Shown: positions 15,783 to 25,056 of the stretch, in pieces
Layout of the letters: every line of letters begins with the position of its first letter
Position numbering within the stretch: the stretch's first letter is position 1
Virus record (IMG/VR): IMGVR_UViG_3300025305_000013
Length of the DNA stretch: 64,000 nt
Source of the DNA: an uncultured virus (IMG/VR IMGVR_UViG_3300025305_000013)
Taxonomy: Duplodnaviria; Heunggongvirae; Uroviricota; Caudoviricetes
Reading direction: 5' to 3' (one strand)
The notes under the pieces: model-generated
The model's input: only the letters and a program-made list of their open reading frames with translations
What the model was told of the DNA's origin: nothing
Database searches by the model: none
Program-made: the position numbers and the translations under genes

Positions 15783-16551
15783 TTATTCCGTCCTTATATG
15801 CTTTTTTCCAACTAATTCTCACATCTTTACGGGGTAAACCGCCCCAAGCAGTTTTAGTTTGTTTTTCCACAAGTTTAACATGATCAGGGTGAAGGTCGTG
15901 TAGTCTTTGCGCCCCTTCATTGTGGACGTCAATTGTGCGCCACTCACTACAGCCTCCTTCTGCGTTTGATGATTTTTGCCCTTGAGCGTAGTAATAGCTT
16001 ACCTTATTTGCTTTACCTTCTCTTAATAGTTGTAGGGCAATGTCAAAGTCTTCCATTACTCTAGTTCTTCCCCACTCCACACTATCAGGGAATACTTCTA
16101 GGTTATATCCCAACACACGCATATACCGAGTATTTTCTACCGATAAGTTTTTTACATGGTTGTTACCTTCTCTTGCGCTTATACCAACATGAGCATAACC
16201 CTGATCCATCCACTCATCTAGCAAGCCGAATAGAGCAGGATATTCGCTCGATTGAAGATATCGAAGGTGCCAATCAATAGGACTTTTACGAATATAGAAC
16301 CGTAAGTCATCATCCAACATAACTATACGAGGGTCTTCTACATTTTCTACTATATATTTACGTTTTGGACCAATACCTATGCAATCACTAGGTACAACCA
16401 TTCTAGGTGTGTCTGGGTAGTTGTGGTATTTATCTTTTTCATCTTCATCTATTACTAATACAACTGATCCGTCTCTCTGCATTTCTTTAGGAAACCACCT
16501 TAAAGTTTCCTGATTATAGGGTCTTCCCCTTGTGGGAATATATATTTTCAT
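15769..16551 (-). CDS. GT-A fold DNA glycosyltransferase-like protein (TET/JBP-associated GT type)
   Basis: IYIPTRGR, IG.KR..I, MLDDD, EDFD..LQLL..G, SNAEGGCS motifs; within modification cassette. Confidence 0.8.
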   Translation of the reverse strand: MKIYIPTRGRPYNQETLRWFPKEMQRDGSVVLVIDEDEKDKYHNYPDTPRMVVPSDCIGIGPKRKYIVENVEDPRIVMLDDDLRFYIRKSPIDWHLRYLQSSEYPALFGLLDEWMDQGYAHVGISAREGNNHVKNLSVENTRYMRVLGYNLEVFPDSVEWGRTRVMEDFDIALQLLREGKANKVSYYYAQGQKSSNAEGGCSEWRTIDVHNEGAQRLHDLHPDHVKLVEKQTKTAWGGLPRKDVRISWKKAYKDGINESS

Positions 16552-16563
16552 ACTTTCTCCAGT

Positions 16564-16740
16564 CTAATCATATGTGGCGGTCCAATTCTTAAAGATTTGT
16601 CTAGCTTCAACACGCGATAAACCGTACTCTTCCTCAAGCCATCGTGGGGCACCAAACATATTCATTGCACCGCTTTCCCTTATGGCTTCGAGAACTATAT
16701 TGTATTTATCCTGATCTTCTTTTGTTATTTCTACTGACAT
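16564..16740 (-). CDS. small phage protein (58 aa, not in ORF track)
   Basis: MSVEITKEDQDKYNIVLEAIRESGAMNMFGAPRWLEEEYGLSRVEARQIFKNW; LxxIRESGxxNMFGA motif; GAGG RBS. Confidence 0.7.
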   Translation of the reverse strand: MSVEITKEDQDKYNIVLEAIRESGAMNMFGAPRWLEEEYGLSRVEARQIFKNWTATYD

Positions 16741-16742
16741 TT

Positions 16743-17051
16743 TTACTTTTCCTCTCTAGTATTACTCCAACGTGTACCGGTGTAAGATTCTACAAGCAAT
16801 AAATATCTTCTTAAGTCTCTGATATCATCTAAAATTCCAGAATCAGATTGATCTATGTCTATAGCCTGAAAAATATCATAGCCGGTATCCTTGACTTGCT
16901 TTTCTATTCTGTCCCACTTACGTGCTAGCATCATCATAGCCCCTACCCCGCCTCGCATTCGCCAACTGTCCCCGTAACTTTTTTCTGCCTCTCTTAGTTT
17001 AGTTACGTCTCCGTCTGCCAATTCCTGAATATGGGTAAAGTCTGCCGGCAT
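16743..17051 (-). CDS. nucleotide modification associated domain protein (Nmad1/DUF1599-like)
   Basis: K.YGDSW..RGGVGA.MMLARKWDRI, DI.DLRRYLLLV. Confidence 0.7.
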   Translation of the reverse strand: MPADFTHIQELADGDVTKLREAEKSYGDSWRMRGGVGAMMMLARKWDRIEKQVKDTGYDIFQAIDIDQSDSGILDDIRDLRRYLLLVESYTGTRWSNTREEK

Positions 17052-17900
17052 TTATTTTTCCCCTGCATATTTATATTTTGATCTAGGTCTGCCTTCCCCT
17101 AAACGAACTCTTTCGTACTTATCAAATTCACAAAGACAATGCTCTATTTCTCTCATCTCCAGTTCTTTATCGAGAAGGAATAGAATATTCTGGTTAAAGT
17201 TAGTGAGTAAACTTTTCATTTCTTGGGTAAGTTGATCTTCTTTAATAGCTTGCTTAAGAGATCTACCGTGTATTCTATTTAACCCTCGTTTTGCTCCTGG
17301 ACCAGCGTTAGCCCAAGTCATAATGTCTTCAGCATTTTCTAGGTGTCGGGTGTGACGTAAATCGGTAACGACTTCATAGGACATAAACCCGCTGAAACCA
17401 GCATAGGGGAGATAATTTTTCCAAGTTTCTTTAAGGGAGTGCGGTATTATTTCAGGAGGGTTATGATACACAGGGGTGAGAATTTTATCTACAGTTTGTT
17501 GTACTTTAGTCCCTCCTAAAGTACCGGTTAACATATACGCTCCTGTGTAAACTTTTTCTCCTCTGTCCATTCTAGCTTGCATAATTTCTTTAGTTCTTTC
17601 AGGGTTCCAGTAATAAGGGAAGCCTATTTCTTCTAGGGTATCTGGCCAATTTATTTGGCGAGCCATGGACATGGCAAAAGGCAAATTTGGATGATCGGCG
17701 TAGGGTTCCCTCCAATTTTTTCGTATCCAAATAGTGACCTTGTCTAACTCCCTGAATACATTACAGAAACTGTAGGTTTGAAGTATCTTATCCTCAGTCC
17801 ATGGAAAAGGTTCTCCCTCCTGACGTTTTAGATAAATCCTATGTCTTTCGTTTATATAGCGAAAGAAACGATGCTCCGCTGCTTCTATGTCTGAAGTCAT
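17052..17900 (-). CDS. 5-hmdU DNA kinase-like protein (aGPT-Pplase1 helical family)
   Basis: ERHRIY.KR..G.P.PWT.D.IL..Y.FCNVFRE.D, YTGAY, GFMSYEVVTD, GPGA.RGL, IEH.LCEFDKY.R. Confidence 0.85.
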   Translation of the reverse strand: MTSDIEAAEHRFFRYINERHRIYLKRQEGEPFPWTEDKILQTYSFCNVFRELDKVTIWIRKNWREPYADHPNLPFAMSMARQINWPDTLEEIGFPYYWNPERTKEIMQARMDRGEKVYTGAYMLTGTLGGTKVQQTVDKILTPVYHNPPEIIPHSLKETWKNYLPYAGFSGFMSYEVVTDLRHTRHLENAEDIMTWANAGPGAKRGLNRIHGRSLKQAIKEDQLTQEMKSLLTNFNQNILFLLDKELEMREIEHCLCEFDKYERVRLGEGRPRSKYKYAGEK

Positions 17901-18042
17901 TGTTGTTGTACACCTTTACTTTTTATTAAATAGAGGACAAAGCTAATAGCAAGCGTATATTTGAATCTAATTTGAATGGAGTTACCTTTCTATTTTACTT
18001 TACAAGTAAAATGGAAGTATAGGAATCTTGCTAAAAATTTTC

Positions 18043-18627
18043 TCACAATCCTGTTCTGAATGTGAGACTAATTCTCTCCCCCACATCTTCCATAATCGGT
18101 ATTGCATGAGTACTGGTCATTTGAGAATTTCCATCAAAGATGTATACATCTCCATCTTCTAATAGATATTGTTGTGTTCCTAGATAGTTATCTTCATGGA
18201 GGATATTGATTTTGCTGGTATTACTTTCCCTTTTTATTTGATAATAGTATTGATTCCATTCCAATATTCTCGAAGCACCAAAAGATACTCCCACTACTAA
18301 ATCTTCTAATGTGGGTACTGTGTCTGAATGATGAGGGATACTTATTTGCCCCGTTTTATAAAGCCCACACAAACAAAAATTAAACCTGACAATCCTATCT
18401 AATTCTTTAGAGACTAGCGATTCAGTGGCCATTTTTACCTGTAAAATAGAAGGGGTCCATTTTGTAGGTTTGTAGGTTTTTCCTGCGTAAACAAAGGTTT
18501 TTGTTCCGTACCCTTTTGTTGGTCGCCCTTCAACCTTTTCACCGTTAAACTCACGTGTGGTTGGTTCGTCCCAATTCTTTATGGCCGGGTCGTACCCTTT
18601 TAATTTTCCCTTTAAAAAGTTGATCAT
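18043..18627 (-). CDS. AlkB-like 2OG-Fe(II) dioxygenase
   Basis: FNFCL..Y..G..SIPHHSD, VSFGA.R, THAIP, RISLTFR. Confidence 0.85.
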   Translation of the reverse strand: MINFLKGKLKGYDPAIKNWDEPTTREFNGEKVEGRPTKGYGTKTFVYAGKTYKPTKWTPSILQVKMATESLVSKELDRIVRFNFCLCGLYKTGQISIPHHSDTVPTLEDLVVGVSFGASRILEWNQYYYQIKRESNTSKINILHEDNYLGTQQYLLEDGDVYIFDGNSQMTSTHAIPIMEDVGERISLTFRTGL

Positions 18628-20117
18628 ATAAATAAAAACTCTTTACGAGTTTTGCCCCGTATTATGTGTAGATTATCTATAGTTCGAGTAATACCAACAT
18701 AAAACGCTCGACATTCATTATTTGGATTATAGTAGAGTTCTTCCCATGTTTTATTTGCTAGGTCAGTTAATAAAACCACGTTCTCACACTCTCCTCCTTT
18801 TGAGGCGTGTATAGTATTCAACCGTATTTTAGAAGAGAGTAATTTTTCTCCATGTCTTAGGCAAGATATAACATATTCCCTTTGAGTATTACCAATTAAA
18901 TCAAAACATTCATGCCAGATACAATCAACTAATAGCCCATGGTCCGCTTTTAACTCGGTAAGGGATAAATTAAGGTCGTCTCTGACCGTTTTAAGCGTCT
19001 TATAGCCCCTTTTAACCCCTTTCCCGGCCTTCATGTACCTATATATTTTTCGTACCTTTGCAGCCTCGATGGACGCCCCTTTGCGTAAGTTTTCCCAGTC
19101 TTTAATGGAGGCAATTAAATTTTCAGAAACAGAAGATTTATTACTCCTCTGATACACCCGACCATTAATCTTTAAGTATTCTTCTACTGCGTTTAATAGA
19201 TAATTGTTCCTTGCTAAAAATAACCACTCTCCTTTTGTGATATCCACATGCTCAAAATTAGTGTGGTAATTAACCGAACCTTCTTCTGTTTTAGGTTCCC
19301 AAACTTTTTCCTTTCTATTACTTATACGCTTGACTACCCCTAGTGCTACATCGTGTACTTTCCTAGGTACGCGATAAGATTGCTTCAGGTAGGTGGTTTT
19401 ACCCTTTAGGTCTATAAAATGCTCTACATCTGCACCAGCCCAACGGTAAATTGCTTGATCGTCATCTCCTGCGATATAAATTTCCTTTACATTTTCAGCT
19501 AGTTTTTCTACACAACGCCACTGTAGAGTAGAAAGATCTTGGGCCTCGTCCACTATTAATATATCTAAGTGGGGGGAACCTTTTGACTCAAGAAACATTT
19601 CTAACATGTCCGTATAGTCTACTAAAAAGTTATTCTGTTTAAACTTTGAATAGTTATTGATAAACCAGTCAAAATGTAACCACGATATATTTGAATCTGC
19701 ATTATTCCAATGTTCTCTAAAACCTACGCACCGATTACGTGCCATATTTTCTAAGAATAACATAGTGTCTCCTTTAGTATTAAGAGACATTAGATTCTCA
19801 CCATCCCAGGCACTACCAATTCTTTCCCCAATCGTTTTACTGAAGTCTCTCAAATTACCTCTAGTTAAGACGTCACTTCTTTTAAGCCCTAGCCAATAAT
19901 AGCATAAGGAATGAAGCGTCCTGAAATAAATAAGTTTTTCAGGGTCGTGACCAAACTTTGCTATTGCTCTTGTTAGTGCTTCGTTTGCTGCTTTCTTAGT
20001 AAAAGCAACATAACCTAGTTTTTCTGGCCTTATACCTGATTCTAGAAACTGTTCTACTTTGTTTAATAAATAAGTAGTTTTACCAGTCCCAGGTGGACCA
20101 AGCACAATGTTCCACAT
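18624..20117 (-). CDS. UvrD/Rep-like SF1 helicase
   Basis: GPPGTGKT, AFTKKAA, TLHS, VDEAQD, GDDDQAIY, QSYR, TIHASKGGE, FYVGITR. Confidence 0.9.
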   Translation of the reverse strand: MWNIVLGPPGTGKTTYLLNKVEQFLESGIRPEKLGYVAFTKKAANEALTRAIAKFGHDPEKLIYFRTLHSLCYYWLGLKRSDVLTRGNLRDFSKTIGERIGSAWDGENLMSLNTKGDTMLFLENMARNRCVGFREHWNNADSNISWLHFDWFINNYSKFKQNNFLVDYTDMLEMFLESKGSPHLDILIVDEAQDLSTLQWRCVEKLAENVKEIYIAGDDDQAIYRWAGADVEHFIDLKGKTTYLKQSYRVPRKVHDVALGVVKRISNRKEKVWEPKTEEGSVNYHTNFEHVDITKGEWLFLARNNYLLNAVEEYLKINGRVYQRSNKSSVSENLIASIKDWENLRKGASIEAAKVRKIYRYMKAGKGVKRGYKTLKTVRDDLNLSLTELKADHGLLVDCIWHECFDLIGNTQREYVISCLRHGEKLLSSKIRLNTIHASKGGECENVVLLTDLANKTWEELYYNPNNECRAFYVGITRTIDNLHIIRGKTRKEFLFI

Positions 20118-21658
20118 TAAATATTGCTTCCTTCAAAATCAAGGGTGTCAAGTTTTTCTTCATCAGAGTAATTAAACTCATCAATATACCAGACATTAGT
20201 TCCCCTGCCCTTTATGTTGAAAAACTTGTGCCCAGCTTTTAAGTCTCTTAATTTAGAAGCTATCTGATTAACCTGCATGTCGGTAAATCTATGTTTAGCT
20301 AGATAATCTTTTAAGTCTTTGATTCTAAAGTAAGTTTTACCGTCTTCTGTGTAGGGTTTGCCCAATAATATCTCATCTCTTGTATTTGCTTGAGCCATGT
20401 CTGTGCAAAATGACTCAAGTAATTCCATAAACTGGCCTTCTATAGTTACGTCTTCACTTACCTCAATAATCTCCATCCCACTGTCCATCAGGCTTTGTAT
20501 TAAAGATTGCCAAGCCCTCTCTTGTATTTTTGGGGGCATCATATTAAGTAATTCCATACAAGCCCGTTGGAACTTTAGTTGGTTTTGTAATTGCTCGGTG
20601 GTTAACTCCAATCGTTTATCGTTAATAGATAAAAACCAGAGAGGGGGTTTAGTGTCTAGCTTAGATAAACTAGAAAAGGTGGGGGTTGCATTCCCCCCAC
20701 CAATACCAAACTTACACCCCCGACACCTAGAGATATTACAGTAGGATTTGATTGGTTCATCACTACACTTATAGTTGTATTCTTTTTTCTTGAGTGTACC
20801 GATTAAGGTTAAAACTTCTTGAGCGGGTAAGGGAGGGTAAACATACTTACGATTGTATTCTTCTATTTCGGTTTGCCAATTTTCTGGGTCAGATTTCTTA
20901 AGGAATACCCCTACATTAAAAAGACCGTTGTTTCTTGTACCTTTAGGAAACCCTTGCTTGAGTAAAACCTGTAAGCAAGGCGGTCCATCCTTCATGTCTT
21001 CGAGCGTTGGGATTTCTAATTCTATTAACTCTTTATGAGTTATACAGCGTTCTTCAACAAAAGCTATAAAGTTTGTTAAAGAGAGCGCCTTACCTTTTGG
21101 ATTAAAACCGTAGCGTAATGACTCATCTCCCTCGAAATAGGGCATGTTTAACCAACTACCGATGTCGCCACGCTCTACTAAAATTTCTCTTTGTTTAGGA
21201 AATATCTCCACCCCACCGTAGCCTAACCCCGCAGAAATTTCTCTTAGTTTATCTTGCATGTCTGCTGCAGGTACTTTTTCTTTTAGAAAACAAAAGACAT
21301 GGGCACCGCCGCTTTTACTACGACAAACAACTAAAGGTAATTTAAATTCTTCTATCTTTAAAACTAGTTTCTCTAAGTTAAGGGAATAGACATCAATATC
21401 AATGGCTCCCCACTTAACCGCATTTTCTTCGTCTATCGGAATGACCCCTAGACCTTCTTTACCGTCTATGTGGTCTCGCCAGTGTTTGATACTAGCACCA
21501 ATGGTTTTGATTGTTTTTGCTTTCCCTTGTGCTTTCTGACCTAGTGAAGTATTCTCCACTATAAAACTACCGTGCGCTCTACCTGAGCCATGAAAAATGC
21601 TGTGTAATTTTTGCGCTATTTCCAACAACCGCAGTCCTACAGGGGTGGGATCACCCAC
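20117..21658 (-). CDS. primase/primase-polymerase (AEP-like)
   Basis: IDID, RSKSGGAH, EIFPKQ, PPC, RNNGLFN; in replication operon. Confidence 0.75.
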   Translation of the reverse strand: MGDPTPVGLRLLEIAQKLHSIFHGSGRAHGSFIVENTSLGQKAQGKAKTIKTIGASIKHWRDHIDGKEGLGVIPIDEENAVKWGAIDIDVYSLNLEKLVLKIEEFKLPLVVCRSKSGGAHVFCFLKEKVPAADMQDKLREISAGLGYGGVEIFPKQREILVERGDIGSWLNMPYFEGDESLRYGFNPKGKALSLTNFIAFVEERCITHKELIELEIPTLEDMKDGPPCLQVLLKQGFPKGTRNNGLFNVGVFLKKSDPENWQTEIEEYNRKYVYPPLPAQEVLTLIGTLKKKEYNYKCSDEPIKSYCNISRCRGCKFGIGGGNATPTFSSLSKLDTKPPLWFLSINDKRLELTTEQLQNQLKFQRACMELLNMMPPKIQERAWQSLIQSLMDSGMEIIEVSEDVTIEGQFMELLESFCTDMAQANTRDEILLGKPYTEDGKTYFRIKDLKDYLAKHRFTDMQVNQIASKLRDLKAGHKFFNIKGRGTNVWYIDEFNYSDEEKLDTLDFEGSNI

Positions 21659-21677
21659 CCCTGTTTTAAAACTTCAA

Positions 21678-22463
21678 CTAAAATGCAGCTTCGGAGGTCG
21701 TAGAGCTGGCTAAAGAACCTCCTTCATTACTTATATTATTTGCAAAATATTTTGCCGCATCATATAGAAACATTTCTCCCTCTTCAAGCGTCCCTGCTAT
21801 CTCAATACTCCAACCGAACCATGTACCAAGATCGTTAGACTCTGCTACAGTTGAGAGAGCATATTTATGACTGTACGATGGGGGAGTAAAAACATTTCCG
21901 TTACTCGATTTAACTTTAAGCCCCATCATTACCGAATTCCAAGTACGAGATTTCTTTAATTGCGTACCGGCCATCGGTATCATCACCTGCTGAAAAGAAT
22001 CCCCCTCCACCACCAGACAATAATGGGTAGCAGAAGTTTGGATATAGTTACCGTTTGCTAAAATATCTGCACCCTTCTCGTTCTTTGAAGTTTGAGACAG
22101 AATAGCAGCATCTGTATGTTGGTTAACTAAGCCACCACCACTTTCACGGGGTTGCCATTCTAAAAACATACGCTTATAAGCTACCGGTATAACTATACAT
22201 TGATCACTTTCTGAGTAAAAATGGCTAGTTACTGTGTTGAATATATCCCCAGCTGCCGCTCCCTGGACATACTTACCGTCTATCTTATTTACTTCTGGGC
22301 TCAACGCCTGAAGTATCTTAAGACGGGGAATGGTGAGGTCCTCGGGGGTGATATTTTCTAGTCCACCGGACGCATCCTCTTCAAATATAGAGATAGGTGC
22401 GGGGAGTGAGTCCTGCTTACTTGTTACTTTTTTCTGAGTTACTTTTTCATTTGCTTCTGTCAT
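21678..22463 (-). CDS. conserved phage replication protein, possible ssDNA-binding
   Basis: D..IPRLKILQ.LSP, EW.PRE.GGG, TQLKKSR.WN; acidic/aromatic C-tail. Confidence 0.6.
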   Translation of the reverse strand: MTEANEKVTQKKVTSKQDSLPAPISIFEEDASGGLENITPEDLTIPRLKILQALSPEVNKIDGKYVQGAAAGDIFNTVTSHFYSESDQCIVIPVAYKRMFLEWQPRESGGGLVNQHTDAAILSQTSKNEKGADILANGNYIQTSATHYCLVVEGDSFQQVMIPMAGTQLKKSRTWNSVMMGLKVKSSNGNVFTPPSYSHKYALSTVAESNDLGTWFGWSIEIAGTLEEGEMFLYDAAKYFANNISNEGGSLASSTTSEAAF

Positions 22464-23008
22464 TTTTTCACCTTTATCTTTTGACCTATATATACATTAA
22501 AGGTTTCGAGGGGTAGGTCGCTCCCCTTTTCAACCTGCTCTCTGACCACAGCTTTAAGAGTCATAGGTTCCACCCACTTTTTTTGGACCAGTGAGTGGCC
22601 TTCACTTTCTAGCTGTGTCATGAGTTTGGATGCTGATTCATCTTCACCTCTGCCGAAGTTAGCTGATACAGTATTCTTTATAATGTCCCCCAGACCATTA
22701 TTCTCTAACCAATGGAAACAGACATCACGGTTATCGGGGGTAATCCTTGCAGAATAATACTGCTGTATTGACATACTTGAACCGTCTGTCAATTCGAATG
22801 AGGACACACCAAGTTCTCGTAGCTTATTTGGAAGTAAATCTTCACTAATCTTTCGATAGTCACTTTTCAATGACTTTAAATGTTCTTCTTCAAGCTGAAT
22901 TTTTTCTTCTAATTCTGTTAACTGATGACCCAGTTCACTTATATTTTTTAAATCATCAGCTGTGATGTCTTGTGTAACATCACTCTCCATTTTATCCACT
23001 ATTCCCAT
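22460..23008 (-). CDS. conserved phage replication-module protein
   Basis: Coiled coil, WLENNGLGDIIK, VEPMTLKA motifs. Confidence 0.7.
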   Translation of the reverse strand: MGIVDKMESDVTQDITADDLKNISELGHQLTELEEKIQLEEEHLKSLKSDYRKISEDLLPNKLRELGVSSFELTDGSSMSIQQYYSARITPDNRDVCFHWLENNGLGDIIKNTVSANFGRGEDESASKLMTQLESEGHSLVQKKWVEPMTLKAVVREQVEKGSDLPLETFNVYIGQKIKVKK

Positions 23009-23325
23009 AACTGCACCTCAATTGAATGATACTTATACTCCCGGTTGTCCCATTTAAGAAACCTAACTCGGCCATCGTTATAGTCTGCTGCAATAGCAGT
23101 ACTCATTCCAATAACCACAGGATCACCTATTGGTAATAGGTAATCGTTGTCGTTAAAATTTCTTAATTTTGTTTGAAGCGTAGAGACTACTTCTTGTGGA
23201 GTCCACAACAGTGTGTTGTTAGTTGATTCACTCAGGAGAAACTGGAATTCTCCATAATCAAGTGCAGAAGTGATGTTTTTCTTTTCGTCGGGTTTTTGTA
23301 CAATATAAACTGTCGATTTTGACAC
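22999..23325 (-). CDS. conserved hypothetical phage protein
   Basis: VYIVQ, A..YG, DYLLP.GDP, LKWD motifs; first gene of operon. Confidence 0.65.
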   Translation of the reverse strand: MSKSTVYIVQKPDEKKNITSALDYGEFQFLLSESTNNTLLWTPQEVVSTLQTKLRNFNDNDYLLPIGDPVVIGMSTAIAADYNDGRVRFLKWDNREYKYHSIEVQLWE

Positions 23326-23616
23326 AATTCTTGTCTCTTACTTATTGGGGTAAACGAAACTTATACCTATTTATTATAGGGTAATTTTATTTGGATAAAA
23401 GCATCCGTGGTAAAAAAATGATAATAGTCAATAAGCTAATAGGGTGCTAGCTAAAATTCTTTATAAATTAAGTACCTATGGAATTATTGACAAAAGTATT
23501 ATCGGGGTATTAGCGGTTTAGTGGTAATTATGCTAAAACATGTATATATTCTTAACCTTTTCTATACGATACTACGGTAAAGCCTATTTAGAAAGGACTT
23601 ATAAAAAAGAAACCTG
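23326..23616. promoter_or_regulatory. AT-rich divergent intergenic region (promoters, candidate origin)
   Basis: Minus-strand TTACCCTATAATAAATAGGTA near 23363-23384; YAATA/TATTR repeats. Confidence 0.5.
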
Positions 23617-25056
23617 ATGAACTTTTTATTCAAAACAAAACCTTACCAGCACCAACTAGACGCCTTGAACACTTCTTGTGAAAGAAAAGAGTTTGCTCTC
23701 TTTATGGAAATGGGGTGCGGTAAGTCTAAGGTTGTAATTGATAATTTTATTTATCTGTATAGACAAGAAAAACTAAACGGGGTTGTCATACTTGCCCCTA
23801 AGGGAGTCTATGACACATGGTACAGTAAAGAGATACCAAGGCACACCCCAGAAGAAACCAATTACCATGTTGTAAAGTGGTCTAATTCTAGTACAAAGAA
23901 AAACAAGAAACTGTTATCCAGTTTGTCAGAAGAACCCGAAAGGCTCAATATTCTTATAATGAACATAGAAGCACTGAGTACAAAAAAGGGTACTCAGTTT
24001 GTGACTGATTTTTTATTCAAAAGAAAATCTATGTTCATAATAGATGAAAGTACAACCATAAAGAATCATAAAGCAAAAAGAACAATTAACGCTGTTCGTT
24101 TAGGGAAATACGCCTACTACAAAAGAATACTGACCGGTAGTCCGGTAACTAAGAGTCCTCTTGACTTATATAGTCAGGCATATTTCTTAGATCCTAGTTT
24201 ATTGGGCTTTAGTAGTTACTACTCGTTTAGAGCGAGATATGCTAATCTAGCCGCCCGTTCTGCTAACGGTAGGACGTATAAGCAGGTACTAGGGTACAAA
24301 AACCTGACAGAATTAAACGAGAGTCTCCTTGAATTTAGTAGTAGAGTACTGAAAAAGGACTGTTTAGATCTTCCTGATAAAATCTACCTGAAAAGAAGTA
24401 TTCAAACAACAGATGAACAAAGACGTATCTATAAAGAACTACAAAAACAAGCGAAGGCTTCTCTTAGTCAGGGGACAGTGACTATAACACATCTAATTAC
24501 TCAGATAATTAGATTACATCAAGTTTCTTGTGGTTTTGTAAAACTTGACAACGGTAACATTACTGAAATACCTAATCAAAGATTACCGGAGCTCCTGGAA
24601 ATACTGGAAGAAACTGATGGTAAGGTAATTATCTGGGCCAACTATAGGCACGATATTCAAAAAATAGAAAAGGAACTAGCTAAACTTTACGGAGAAGAGT
24701 CAATAGGTACTTACTATGGAGATGTGCCACAAGACCGTAGAGAAGAAGTGATTAATAAATTTCAAGACCCGGACAGCCCGCTACGATTTTTTGTTGGTAA
24801 TACACAGACCGGCGGGTATGGTATCACTCTAACTGCTGCTAATACTGTTATCTATTATTCTAATAACTATGATCTAGAAAAGCGGCTTCAGTCTGAGGAT
24901 CGGGCGCACCGTATTGGTCAAACCAATAAAGTCACCTATATTGATATTGTTTGTGAACGCACAGTAGACGAAAAAATAGTTAAGGCACTAAGAATGAAAC
25001 AAAATATTGCTCAAACAGTGCTTGGTGAAGAAAAATGGAAAAATTGGTTGGTTTAA
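23617..25056 (+). CDS. SNF2-family SF2 helicase
   Basis: PYQHQ, MEMGCGKS, IIDES, ILTGSP, GYGITLT, QSEDRAHRIGQ. Confidence 0.92.
   Translation: MNFLFKTKPYQHQLDALNTSCERKEFALFMEMGCGKSKVVIDNFIYLYRQEKLNGVVILAPKGVYDTWYSKEIPRHTPEETNYHVVKWSNSSTKKNKKLLSSLSEEPERLNILIMNIEALSTKKGTQFVTDFLFKRKSMFIIDESTTIKNHKAKRTINAVRLGKYAYYKRILTGSPVTKSPLDLYSQAYFLDPSLLGFSSYYSFRARYANLAARSANGRTYKQVLGYKNLTELNESLLEFSSRVLKKDCLDLPDKIYLKRSIQTTDEQRRIYKELQKQAKASLSQGTVTITHLITQIIRLHQVSCGFVKLDNGNITEIPNQRLPELLEILEETDGKVIIWANYRHDIQKIEKELAKLYGEESIGTYYGDVPQDRREEVINKFQDPDSPLRFFVGNTQTGGYGITLTAANTVIYYSNNYDLEKRLQSEDRAHRIGQTNKVTYIDIVCERTVDEKIVKALRMKQNIAQTVLGEEKWKNWLV

Noticed and set aside
2801..21038. Plus-strand ORFs (2801, 5715, 6650, 8201, 8871, 10716, 11028, 11270, 13028, 13852, 14339, 14631, 15438, 19657, 20397, 20853)
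   Set aside because: All lie antisense to well-supported minus-strand genes, without RBS or recognisable motifs.
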